64,000 nucleotides of DNA from Bacteroidia bacterium (GTDB lineage Bacteria > Bacteroidota > Bacteroidia > NS11-12g > UBA9320), in NCBI GenBank assembly GCA_017640445.1, contig JAEPQQ010000003.1, positions 42,543 to 106,542 of the forward strand, written 5' to 3'. Numbering within the stretch: position 1 is the first letter of the stretch; the number at the start of each line of letters is the position of its first letter. The translations under genes and the position numbers were made by a program. This document shows, in pieces, positions 10,178 through 19,889 of this stretch. The notes below the pieces were generated by a model. The model was not told the origin of the DNA, did not search any database, and saw nothing but the letters and a program-made list of their open reading frames with translations.

Positions 10178-10786
10178 ATGAAACGATCAGTACTTACATT
10201 TCTTAGTGTAATGATAGTTACACTGGCCTCTGCACAGGCCGATTCGACCAAAGCAAAGAAACAGCATCCTGTAAATCTTGATTCGATTGAGGTTGTACGG
10301 GTTATTGTAGACTCCGCTAGCGGAGACACCTTGTTGTTTTATCGGTTTGAAGAAGTTGTATTAAAAGACTTTAACACACCTGAACAGAAAGAGGAATACA
10401 GAAGATTAAAGTACAATGTCAAGAAAGTAATGCCGTATGCCAAGCTCGCTGCCTTCCGTTTACAAATGATGGAAGACAACCTCCTGCTCATAAACGACCC
10501 CAAAGCAAGAGAGAAATACATCAAAGAAACCGAAAAGTCGTTGAAAGAAGATTTTATGGAGACGCTCAAAGGCTTCTCCAGGTCTCAAGGCTTGCTTCTA
10601 ATCAAGTTGATGCACCGGGAAACAGGTAAAACGACGTACGACATCTTAAAAGGCTACCGCGGAAACGTGGAAACCTTCTATTGGAGTGCTTTTGCTAAAA
10701 TGTACAACGCTAACCTCAAGGTGGAGTACGACCCTATTGTTGACTACCAGCTCGACATGATTATTAAGGCCTATAACCTGGAATAG
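10178..10786 (+). CDS. Secreted hypothetical protein, Bacteroidetes-restricted type (possibly DUF4294)
   Basis: Signal peptide 'LTFLSVMIVTLASAQA', about 200 aa. Confidence 0.35.
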   Translation: MKRSVLTFLSVMIVTLASAQADSTKAKKQHPVNLDSIEVVRVIVDSASGDTLLFYRFEEVVLKDFNTPEQKEEYRRLKYNVKKVMPYAKLAAFRLQMMEDNLLLINDPKAREKYIKETEKSLKEDFMETLKGFSRSQGLLLIKLMHRETGKTTYDILKGYRGNVETFYWSAFAKMYNANLKVEYDPIVDYQLDMIIKAYNLE

Positions 10787-10823
10787 TCACCAACAAATTA
10801 ATGGCTAGATTTGTTGCCTAGTC

Positions 10824-11552
10824 ATGGCGGTAGAGAAATTAGACATCCTGGCCTTTGCGGCCCACCCGGATGATGCAGAACTTGCATGCTCGGGCACACT
10901 TCTTAAACACATTCAACTAGGATATAAAGTAGGCGTTGTAGACCTGACTCAGGGCGACCTCGGAACCAGAGGCAGCATTGAGATTCGAGCCAGGGAAGCG
11001 GAGAAGTCCTCTCAAATTCTTGGGTTATCGGCACGTGAAAACTTAAAAATGCCGGATGGCTTTTTTGACCAAACGGAGGAAAACCTAAAGAAAATAATCT
11101 ACGCAATCCGCAAGTATCAACCAGATGTTTTATTTGCCAATGCTATTCACGACCGACATCCTGATCATGGAAGAGGTTCTGAAATTGTTTCGCGGGCAAA
11201 CTTCTTAAGCGGTCTGGCGAAAATAAAAACCTACGACCACGATGGACAAGAACAGGCACCCTGGCGCCCTTCGAACGTCTATCACTACATTCAGTTTCGT
11301 CACATCAAGCCTGATTTTATTGTTGACATTACACAACAATGGCCTACCAAGCTGGAAGCGATAAAAGCATTCGAAAGTCAGTTCTTTAATCCTGATTCAG
11401 ACGAGCCCGAAACGTTAATAGCTTCCGAAAAATTCCTAAAATACATCGAAGCCAGAGCGCGAGAGTTTGGAGCCGCCATTGAAACCGAATTTGGTGAAGG
11501 TTTTACCACTGAAAAACCCATTGGCGTGCACGATGTGCTGCGCTTAACCTAA
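10824..11552 (+). CDS. bshB1: PIG-L/LmbE family deacetylase, bacillithiol biosynthesis deacetylase BshB1-like
   Basis: 'ILAFAAHPDDAELACSGT' metal-binding motif and 'HPDH', about 240 aa. Confidence 0.7.
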   Translation: MAVEKLDILAFAAHPDDAELACSGTLLKHIQLGYKVGVVDLTQGDLGTRGSIEIRAREAEKSSQILGLSARENLKMPDGFFDQTEENLKKIIYAIRKYQPDVLFANAIHDRHPDHGRGSEIVSRANFLSGLAKIKTYDHDGQEQAPWRPSNVYHYIQFRHIKPDFIVDITQQWPTKLEAIKAFESQFFNPDSDEPETLIASEKFLKYIEARAREFGAAIETEFGEGFTTEKPIGVHDVLRLT

Positions 11553-14105
11553 TCACCGAGCTACGGTAAACCCTTTTTTATACCGTCGGTGATTACCTTC
11601 CAGGTCCAGTGTTTCAATCAGCACGACATAAACGCCTGGCTCTACCAGGTTTCCGTGTTGCGTAATTCCATCCCACAAAAAGATATTCTTTTCCCCGGCC
11701 AGGGCAGTGTTAACGGGAAACGCAACAAGTCTGCCTAAACGGTCAAATATGCGTACATGCACATTGGTATTGGGCGTCAAACGGCTGTAATAAATCTGAA
11801 GCACGTCGTCTTTACCATCTCCATTGGGTAAAAATGGGTCCGGCAGCACTTCGACATCCACACCGTCAACCAACTCTATAAACTGTGAATTCTGATACCC
11901 AGGTGTACCGTAATTCTCGGCATATGAAGCCGATGCCCAATTGGAACTATCGTTGGAGGGCCACTCAAAACTTCGCCTCTCCAGGCTTACCCCTTTTGTG
12001 TCATCCAGAAGACCAAAATGCATGTTGCGGTGGTAATGAAAACTATCAATGATCTGCCCCGATCTGTTCAACACATAAACGTCACCTTCTTCCTGCGGAA
12101 GTCCTGGAACTCTCATTTCAATAAATCTCGAGTTGAACGATTTAGGATAGTGAAGGCGCACCGACGATGGATTAAGGGTAAGGAGGAGATACTCACCTGA
12201 CTTCCATATACCGGGTTTATCCTGGACAGGCACCTTCTCTTTCCATGTGTTTACGTGCTCGCCACGGGTTGCAAGATATAGTTGTGAAACATCAATCACC
12301 TTTCCACTAACATTTACCAGTTCTACAAAATCACTGACGCCTGCAACAGGGTCGAACAGCACCTCGTTAATCCTCAGATCGCCAGGGGCAGGCGTTTCAG
12401 CAATCGCTACAGGCACGTGTTCTTCTAACACGGCGTTCCCGTGACAATCACGGACATTTCTATAAATGAGGTTGTAGATCCGAGACGTTTCGATTTTCTC
12501 GAAAAATCCAAGTGCAAGAACATTCTCCTCGGGTTGATTAACGGAATTCGGATGTTGACCGTTCAGCTCAAAATCTTCTACCATTCCCTGATAACCGTTC
12601 AGTGATTCGTCGAATTCCAGATGAACTGTGTTCCACCCCGAGACATAACTATTCAGTAGTTTGGGCGGCTCTTCATCGTTCGAACTACCCCGCACCGAAT
12701 TCTGTTCACCGGGGCTTCCTCCTCGTAAATCGGCTGTCGAGTTCCAATTTGAGCCTGTGTGGCAGCGAAGTGACTCATCAATAAGTTCGAGGCTCCAACC
12801 ACCTTCCTGTTTCCATTGCGTACCATGCCAGGATTTTTGATAATCGAGCACGTCTATCACCTCCTGATACTCATTTTTAAGCACGAGATTGTCGCCGCCA
12901 TTGTTCAGGGTAATCATTGATGAAGTCGTTACCACTGAAGTGATATCTGCCCAATCCATAACATCCTTGCGATCGATGATAATAACCGACTGGTTTGGTT
13001 TTAGCTCCAGGCTATCGAGATACGCCATCTTGCCTGGATCGGAGATGGACCAGCCCCCCAACTGAACCAGGGAGTCTGTGGTGTTGATGATCTCCACATA
13101 TTCCTTGTCAGGAAGTCCAACCACGGGCGATGGGTCGGCCATGATTTCAGATATCCTGACCTCCCACCGGGAGGGACGCCATGGCTTCTGGTAATGCAGG
13201 TCAACAACGGTGTCGGTACAATTCTGATGGATGTCGCACAAGTTTGAGATGACGAGGCTTTGCACACCTTCTTTCAAGCTCTCATTAAGGTCCAAATCAA
13301 CAACTACGCTATCTACTACCAGGGTATTTATGGTGTTCTTATCCAGAGAAAATGTTGCTAAACGGGTGCCATTGGCATTAAGCACCTCATCGAATACAAG
13401 CTGCAGCTGTGTTTCGGATACCACTTCCACATGAGCCAGTTGCGGTGCCAGGGAGTCTACCCGAATAGAGCCTACATACATGTTATCGATTAGGTGTTTC
13501 CGATGAAAGGAAGCACTCGATTGTTGTATCGCTAATCCAGTACTTTTCACCTCCTCTTTTAAATGATGAGTTGCCCCCTCCATGAGGTCGTAAACTCCAT
13601 CGTGACGTTGATCTACATGCAGTGTCCAGTGTCGATTTTCACGAAGGGTCACCGTAATTCTTCCTTCGAAATGGTGGGTCATTCCATCCGGACCATCCAC
13701 TAACACCTGCCAGGTGTCACTTTCCCTATGGAGTAACCGAATGTCGTCTTTCACTCCACCAATTCGAACAACAACGCCGTTACCAGATACTTGTTCAGAA
13801 TCGCTGGTTAAAACCAGGTCCAGATAGTTAACAGACGACGTATTGAAGTGTAATTGAACATCAAACGACCATTCCATATCGGATTGGCCCTTGATTTTTG
13901 TCATCATACTAAACCGATGGTTGGCCGAATTGCTCGCCGACCTGAGATAATGCGAGGAATAATCAAAAAGCTGGGTATCCCCCATCCAGACTCCCCTCAA
14001 TCGAGGAGTGTTAAAGTTTTCATACACCAGAGTATCTTGTGCATGTAACGAGGTAAAAAGTGTGCATAACAGTGCTGTAAAAACAGCGGTTCGATTTGTT
14101 TTCAT
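11553..14105 (-). CDS. Large secreted lamin-tail-domain (LTD) protein with a type B T9SS/gliding C-terminal domain
   Basis: Signal peptide, two LTD-like 'RISEIMADP' / 'LRINEVLFDP' segments, and C-terminal 'LPNGDGKDDVLQIYYS'. Confidence 0.6.
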   Translation of the reverse strand: MKTNRTAVFTALLCTLFTSLHAQDTLVYENFNTPRLRGVWMGDTQLFDYSSHYLRSASNSANHRFSMMTKIKGQSDMEWSFDVQLHFNTSSVNYLDLVLTSDSEQVSGNGVVVRIGGVKDDIRLLHRESDTWQVLVDGPDGMTHHFEGRITVTLRENRHWTLHVDQRHDGVYDLMEGATHHLKEEVKSTGLAIQQSSASFHRKHLIDNMYVGSIRVDSLAPQLAHVEVVSETQLQLVFDEVLNANGTRLATFSLDKNTINTLVVDSVVVDLDLNESLKEGVQSLVISNLCDIHQNCTDTVVDLHYQKPWRPSRWEVRISEIMADPSPVVGLPDKEYVEIINTTDSLVQLGGWSISDPGKMAYLDSLELKPNQSVIIIDRKDVMDWADITSVVTTSSMITLNNGGDNLVLKNEYQEVIDVLDYQKSWHGTQWKQEGGWSLELIDESLRCHTGSNWNSTADLRGGSPGEQNSVRGSSNDEEPPKLLNSYVSGWNTVHLEFDESLNGYQGMVEDFELNGQHPNSVNQPEENVLALGFFEKIETSRIYNLIYRNVRDCHGNAVLEEHVPVAIAETPAPGDLRINEVLFDPVAGVSDFVELVNVSGKVIDVSQLYLATRGEHVNTWKEKVPVQDKPGIWKSGEYLLLTLNPSSVRLHYPKSFNSRFIEMRVPGLPQEEGDVYVLNRSGQIIDSFHYHRNMHFGLLDDTKGVSLERRSFEWPSNDSSNWASASYAENYGTPGYQNSQFIELVDGVDVEVLPDPFLPNGDGKDDVLQIYYSRLTPNTNVHVRIFDRLGRLVAFPVNTALAGEKNIFLWDGITQHGNLVEPGVYVVLIETLDLEGNHRRYKKGFTVAR

Positions 14106-14173
14106 GGTTTTGGTAAGGTTATTCTAGTCAAAAGTACTAAAGAACTCTAAATTGGCTTTGATTTACGTTAAAT

Positions 14174-17050
14174 TTGCCGTCTTGCAAAAAGTTGGCAGCC
14201 GGGAAAGACATATTCGAACAGGGTAGTATCAACATAATTGGTGCTCGGGAACACAACCTAAAAAACGTCAATCTGACCATTCCCAGAGGGAAATTGGTGG
14301 TGTTTACAGGCTTGAGTGGTAGTGGTAAGTCGTCGTTGGCTTTTGATACCATTTTTGCCGAAGGACAACGCCGATATATGGACACTTTTTCGGCTTACGC
14401 TCGCCAGTTTATCGGCGACATGAAACGACCTGACGTTGACAAGATTGAAGGTTTAAGTCCGGTTATCTCCATTGAACAAAAGACGGTAAGTAAAAATCCT
14501 CGTTCTACGGTTGGAACCATTACCGAGATTTATGACTTCCTTCGACTGCTCTATGCCAGGGCCGGAGAGGCGTACAGTTACCTAAGCAACAAGCCAATGA
14601 CCAGGTTTTCAGAGGACCAGGTTATCAATCTAATTCTCGACAACTTTGACGGGAAAAAAGTAGCTGTACTCGCTCCTATTGTTAAAGGAAGAAAGGGACA
14701 CTATCGCGACCTGTTCGAGCAATATGCCAAAAAAGGTTATTCAAAAATGCGGGTGGATGGCGAGATCGTTCGAATCGACCCGGGCATGCAACTCGACCGA
14801 TACAAAGTGCATGATATTGAATTGGTGATTGACCGAATCGAAGTAAGTGGCGACAATCGCTTCCGGGTAAGCGAATCGGTTAAAGCCGGACTTAAAGCCG
14901 GAAACGGCATCATCATGCTGTTTGACTTTGAAACAGAAGAGGTTCAGCATTTTAGCAAGAACCTGATGGACGCTGAAACGGGACTCGCTTACGATGAGCC
15001 TCAGCCCAATACCTTCTCATTCAATTCACCCTATGGTGCCTGCCCAAAGTGTAATGGACTTGGAACACTCGCCGATATTGAGGAAGAACTTATCATTCCC
15101 AACCCTAAACTAAGTATTAACAAAGGAGGTATTGCCCCGCTTGGTCAGTATCGATCCAATTGGACTTTTACACAGCTTAGGGCCATGGCCAAGAAGATGA
15201 AATTCAGCCTGGCCGACCCTATAAACAAACTAAGCCGTGAGGTGCTCGACGCTATTTTGAATGGCAGTCAGGAAAAGTTTGAAGTAACCTATACCTATTC
15301 GGGCGGTGGACAACAAACGTATGAAACCGCGTTTAAAGGGGTTATTCCAATGCTCCAGCATTCTTACATGCAGAAGTCGCAAGACAGTTTGCACCAATGG
15401 GCTGATGAGTTTATGGTTATGCGAACCTGCCCTGAATGTGATGGGTTCCGCTTGAAAAAAGAGGCCCTGCATTACTTTATAGCAGGAAAACAAATTGGTG
15501 AGCTCGGTGAAATGAACATTTCCGAACTGGCCGAATGGCTTGACGGGTTGGATGATCAATTGAACGACCGACAAAAGACCATTGCTACCGAACTCCTCAA
15601 AGAGATACGAAGCCGAATTGGCTTTCTTACCAACGTTGGACTTGGCTACTTGAGTCTGAATAATCCTGCCCGAACGCTGTCAGGAGGTGAAGCGCAGCGT
15701 ATTCGACTGGCAACTCAAATAGGTTCTCAGTTAGAAGAAGTGCTTTACATTCTGGATGAACCAAGTATTGGCCTTCATCAGCGCGACAATATGCGACTCA
15801 TCGAATCGCTTAAACAACTTAGAGACGTTGGGAACTCGGTGATTGTTGTGGAACATGATAAAGACATGATCCTGGAAAGCGACTATGTGGTTGATATTGG
15901 GCCCAAAGCCGGGAAACACGGTGGCGACATTACGGCATCGGGCAACTGGGAGAGCATTCGCTCTGCGGGTAGTTTGACTTCCGACTATCTAAGTGGAGCA
16001 AAGGAGATTGAAGTTCCCAAACGTCGGAGAAAAGGAAATGGAAAAAAAATAAGCCTTAAAGGCTGTACCGGAAACAACCTAAAGAAGGTGAACGTCGACT
16101 TCCCTCTGGGGAAATTTATATGCGTTACGGGTGTTTCGGGCAGTGGCAAAAGTTCATTGATCAATGAGACACTCCACCCCATTCTGTCGCACCACATTTA
16201 TGGCTCTCGTAAAAGGCCTCTTGGGTACGACAAGATCACAGGACTTAACAGCATTGACAAAGTCATCAAAATTGACCAATCGCCAATCGGACGATCTCCG
16301 CGTTCAAACCCGGCCACATACGTAGGTTTCTTCACCGACATACGCAATCTGTTTAGTGAACTTCCAGAAGCTAAGATCAGAGGCTATAAACCAGGCCGGT
16401 TCTCTTTTAACGTAAAAGGTGGTAGATGTGAAACCTGCAAAGGAGGAGGAAGAAGAATTATTGAAATGAATTTTCTTCCCGACGTTGAAGTGGAATGCGA
16501 AACCTGTTTGGGTAAACGCTACAACCGCGACACGCTCGAAATTCGGTATCGAGGTAAATCCATCAGCGATGTACTCGACATGAGCGTTGACGAAGCCACC
16601 AAATTCTTCGAAAACATCCCTTCGATCTATCGAAAGATTAAGGCGTTGCAAGATGTTGGTTTAGGCTACATCACCCTTGGTCAGAGCAGCACTACCATTT
16701 CAGGTGGTGAGGCCCAACGGGTAAAACTGTCAAGCGAGTTGAGCAAGATCAGTACAGGAAACACGTTTTACATTCTCGATGAACCTACTACAGGTCTTCA
16801 TTTCGAAGATATACGTGTGCTGCTTTCGGTACTTCAAAACCTAACCGACCTGGGCAACACAGTTCTGGTTGTTGAACACAATCTGGACGTTGTTAAAGTG
16901 GCCGATCACTTGATTGATCTGGGACCAGAAGGAGGTAAAGGCGGAGGGCAAATCATTGCAACCGGCACACCCGAACAATTGATTAAGAACAAAGAAAGCC
17001 ATACCGCTCGTTTCCTAAAGCCGGAATTGGAAACCTCTAAAACCAAGTAG
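14174..17050 (+). CDS. uvrA: Excinuclease ABC subunit A
   Basis: 'IIGAREHNLKNV', two ABC ATPase modules 'GLSGSGKSS' / 'GVSGSGKSS', zinc-finger Cys clusters, 958 aa. The start codon is uncertain: TTG at 14174 or 14192. Confidence 0.95.
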   Translation: MPSCKKLAAGKDIFEQGSINIIGAREHNLKNVNLTIPRGKLVVFTGLSGSGKSSLAFDTIFAEGQRRYMDTFSAYARQFIGDMKRPDVDKIEGLSPVISIEQKTVSKNPRSTVGTITEIYDFLRLLYARAGEAYSYLSNKPMTRFSEDQVINLILDNFDGKKVAVLAPIVKGRKGHYRDLFEQYAKKGYSKMRVDGEIVRIDPGMQLDRYKVHDIELVIDRIEVSGDNRFRVSESVKAGLKAGNGIIMLFDFETEEVQHFSKNLMDAETGLAYDEPQPNTFSFNSPYGACPKCNGLGTLADIEEELIIPNPKLSINKGGIAPLGQYRSNWTFTQLRAMAKKMKFSLADPINKLSREVLDAILNGSQEKFEVTYTYSGGGQQTYETAFKGVIPMLQHSYMQKSQDSLHQWADEFMVMRTCPECDGFRLKKEALHYFIAGKQIGELGEMNISELAEWLDGLDDQLNDRQKTIATELLKEIRSRIGFLTNVGLGYLSLNNPARTLSGGEAQRIRLATQIGSQLEEVLYILDEPSIGLHQRDNMRLIESLKQLRDVGNSVIVVEHDKDMILESDYVVDIGPKAGKHGGDITASGNWESIRSAGSLTSDYLSGAKEIEVPKRRRKGNGKKISLKGCTGNNLKKVNVDFPLGKFICVTGVSGSGKSSLINETLHPILSHHIYGSRKRPLGYDKITGLNSIDKVIKIDQSPIGRSPRSNPATYVGFFTDIRNLFSELPEAKIRGYKPGRFSFNVKGGRCETCKGGGRRIIEMNFLPDVEVECETCLGKRYNRDTLEIRYRGKSISDVLDMSVDEATKFFENIPSIYRKIKALQDVGLGYITLGQSSTTISGGEAQRVKLSSELSKISTGNTFYILDEPTTGLHFEDIRVLLSVLQNLTDLGNTVLVVEHNLDVVKVADHLIDLGPEGGKGGGQIIATGTPEQLIKNKESHTARFLKPELETSKTK

Positions 17051-17117
17051 GTTCTATTTTTTACACCTTCACGACATGAGTTCCTGAACGGTTTGTTAGC
17101 TTTGGTAGCTTACCACT

Positions 17118-18008
17118 TTGAACATGACTAAAGTCTACGTCGCTCTCTGCACATTGAGCTTAATCGGTTTCTCTGCCTGTACCAAAAAAGACCCTCTTAT
17201 TGGAGAACCACATCGAACCGGCCATCTTAGCCCCCGATGGGCATCCACCGTGAAACAACCGCGGAACGTAGTGCTCGAATACTTCCAGGGAGTACGGACT
17301 CCCTACTCTGCCTCGGCCGATCAGATAGTTGAAGAGTTAGAAGGTCGATATGGTGATCGGGTTCTTCCCATTGCTATTCACGCTGGAACGTTTGCAGCCC
17401 CTCTTTCGGGGTGGGCAAATTTCACTTGTCGCTATGGTGCTGAAATACTTAGCCAGGCAGAACCCTCAGGTTTTCCATTTGGAACGGTTAATCGTTCCAT
17501 CTTTTTGGGTAAAGGAATGAACGGAAATCTAAGCATGGCCATGAGCAGGCAAGACTGGGAGTCGACGTTTTCAGGCCTGCACAGGGACACTTCGTACGTG
17601 AACATCGGTGGTGAAGCGATTATTGACCTCTCGCAAGAGAAAATGTCGGTAACGGTTGAACTGTATTACACCGATAACAACTATTTCGATAACTATATAA
17701 ATATAGCCCTGCTCCAGGATGGTCTCAAAGCGTTGTTGACGGGTCAAAATACGGGCTATGTCCACAATCACGTTCTGCGCGATTTACTAACTGGTCAATG
17801 GGGTGTTGAGGTTCCTGCCGACACCATGAGAAAAGGCAACGTCTATCGTCAAACTTTTCACTATCCCATTCCTCGAAACTACAACGGGGCGTTGATCCCA
17901 CCCGGAGGTGGTCCAACCGTTTATGAAGACCTTGACCTGGTGGTGTTTGTATCCCGAAAACAAACCAATATTATAACCGGAATACGACTTCCGATACGGA
18001 TTGAATAA
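17118..18008 (+). CDS. Outer-membrane lipoprotein, paralog 1 (possibly Omp28-related family). It has lost the CxxC motif.
   Basis: Lipobox 'GFSAC'. Shares 'GTVNR', 'AMSR', 'HVLRDLLTGQWGVEV' and 'PPGGG' blocks with the downstream paralog. Confidence 0.6.
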   Translation: MNMTKVYVALCTLSLIGFSACTKKDPLIGEPHRTGHLSPRWASTVKQPRNVVLEYFQGVRTPYSASADQIVEELEGRYGDRVLPIAIHAGTFAAPLSGWANFTCRYGAEILSQAEPSGFPFGTVNRSIFLGKGMNGNLSMAMSRQDWESTFSGLHRDTSYVNIGGEAIIDLSQEKMSVTVELYYTDNNYFDNYINIALLQDGLKALLTGQNTGYVHNHVLRDLLTGQWGVEVPADTMRKGNVYRQTFHYPIPRNYNGALIPPGGGPTVYEDLDLVVFVSRKQTNIITGIRLPIRIE

Positions 18009-18210
18009 GCTCGAAAAGCGTCCTTTTCATAACCTTTTATTAACTCAATGGAAAAGTGGGTATAAGTTGGATAAATCGGAAGATTTGCCACCGTTGGTCT
18101 AAATTTGACAGAAATGTGGCCTGCAACTGGTAATTCAGATACACATCGCTTGTTTTTCTGAAGATTTAAAATCAACTTCGAAACCCTAATAGATGTATTA
18201 GTTTTAATTA

Positions 18211-19107
18211 TTGAATATGAAAAAGATTTTTTTACTAAGTGTTGTAGCAACCATGGTTCTATTTGGTTGTTCAGAAGACACAACTCCAGGTACTGGAAAT
18301 GGTAATGGCGATGGAAATGGAAACTCAGGTCCTACACTTGCTTCTACAGAGCAGGAAAACCGTAATGCCGTACTAGAAGATTTTACTGGTGTTCGATGTG
18401 GATATTGCCCACAAGGACACGAAATCGCTCAAGGTTTGATCGACCAGTATCCTAACGATGTAGTTGTTATTGGTGTTAACGCAGGTGGGTATGCAGCCCC
18501 AGCTCCAGGATGGGCTAACTTCACAACTTCTTATGGTCAGGCTTGGATCGACCAAAGTAGTGTTAAGGGTTACCCAGCAGGAACCGTTAACCGTCAGGCA
18601 TTTGCGGGAAGAAGCCAGGACAAAGGAACTGGTTTGGCTATGAGCCGTGGTTCTTGGGCTGCTTCTGCTCAGGAAATTATGCAAGAGCCTTCTCCGGTAA
18701 ACTTGGGTGCAACTGCTACTCTTGATACTGCTACTATGGAGTTGACTGTAACTGTAGAAGCTTACTACACTGGTGACGAGTCAGCTAACGAAAACCGAAT
18801 CAACGTTGCATTGATGCAAAGTGGAATGGTTGCGAATCAAAGCGGTGGTGGACCGAACTACGTTCACAAGCACGTTCTTCGCGACATGGTAACTGGTCAG
18901 TGGGGTGCAGAAGTTACTTCTGACAAGTCTAAAGGATCTGTTTACAAAGAAACTTTCACTTACGATGTACCAACTGATTACAATGGTGCAATGATTCCTC
19001 CAGGTGGTGGAGTTGTTATTCCTGCTGATCTTGACGTAGCAGTTTACATTGCTCGTGGACACGTAGACGTAATCACAGGTATTAACGTACCACTTACACT
19101 TAAGTAA
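18211..19107 (+). CDS. Outer-membrane lipoprotein, paralog 2. It retains the 'CGYCP' CxxC motif and has a GNGNGDGNGN linker.
   Basis: Lipobox 'LFGC'. Colinear with paralog 1: 'HVLRDMVTGQWGAEV'. Confidence 0.6.
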   Translation: MNMKKIFLLSVVATMVLFGCSEDTTPGTGNGNGDGNGNSGPTLASTEQENRNAVLEDFTGVRCGYCPQGHEIAQGLIDQYPNDVVVIGVNAGGYAAPAPGWANFTTSYGQAWIDQSSVKGYPAGTVNRQAFAGRSQDKGTGLAMSRGSWAASAQEIMQEPSPVNLGATATLDTATMELTVTVEAYYTGDESANENRINVALMQSGMVANQSGGGPNYVHKHVLRDMVTGQWGAEVTSDKSKGSVYKETFTYDVPTDYNGAMIPPGGGVVIPADLDVAVYIARGHVDVITGINVPLTLK

Positions 19108-19127
19108 GAAATAAAATTTATACGCTT

Positions 19128-19159
19128 AAAGCCGTTGTCGATCGACAACGGCTTTTTTT
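19128..19159 (+). terminator. Rho-independent terminator (perfect 11-bp palindrome plus T7)
   Basis: 'aaaGCCGTTGTCGATCGACAACGGCttttttt' 21 nt after the lipoprotein stop. Confidence 0.75.
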
Positions 19160-19196
19160 GTGGCCGTAATCAAACCGCATTCCATACCTTTGCCTC

Positions 19197-19889
19197 GTGT
19201 CTGAACAAGCGAATACAAATGGGCATCTAACCTTGGTGCCAACACCTATTGGCAATTTAGAGGACATGACGTTTCGTGCACTTAACCACCTGCGTTCGTG
19301 CGACCTGATTCTTGCTGAGGATACCCGACAAACGAAGAAGCTTCTAAACCATTTTGAAATCAACAACTCGGTTGAGTCATACCATCAAAACAATGAACAT
19401 GGTAAGCTGTCGTACGTCATCCATAAATTGACCCAGGGGCTCCATATAACCTATTGCACAGATGCTGGAACGCCTGGTATTTCCGACCCCGGCTTTTTAC
19501 TGGTTCGAGAAGCTATCGCTCAAAACATCAAGGTAGAATGTTTACCAGGTGCAACGGCGTTTGTTCCCGCTCTGGTAGCCTCTGGACTTCCATGTGACCG
19601 ATTTGTATTTGAAGGCTTTTTACCCCACAAAAAAGGAAGGCAAAAGAGACTGACCAATCTCATTGATGAAGAACGAACCATGGTGTTCTACGAGAGTCCA
19701 CACCGTATCCTAAAAACCCTCAACCAATTTGTTGAGTTCTTTGGATCAGAACGAGGTGCTTCCATATCGCGTGAAATTAGCAAGATGCACGAAAGCCAAT
19801 ACCGTGGCACACTGGCTGAAGTTATCGAACAACTGGCGGCAGACACCGTGAAAGGAGAGTTTGTTGTATGCATAGCAGGCAAACCATGA
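19197..19889 (+). CDS. rsmI: 16S rRNA (cytidine1402-2'-O)-methyltransferase
   Basis: 'LTLVPTPIGNLEDMTFRALNHLRSCDLILAEDTRQTKKLL' tetrapyrrole-methylase fold typical of RsmI. Confidence 0.85.
   Translation: MSEQANTNGHLTLVPTPIGNLEDMTFRALNHLRSCDLILAEDTRQTKKLLNHFEINNSVESYHQNNEHGKLSYVIHKLTQGLHITYCTDAGTPGISDPGFLLVREAIAQNIKVECLPGATAFVPALVASGLPCDRFVFEGFLPHKKGRQKRLTNLIDEERTMVFYESPHRILKTLNQFVEFFGSERGASISREISKMHESQYRGTLAEVIEQLAADTVKGEFVVCIAGKP

Noticed and set aside
14174-14200. Exact uvrA start codon
   Set aside because: There is no ATG near the conserved N-terminus. Two in-frame TTGs (14174 and 14192) are equally plausible, so I kept the longer ORF.
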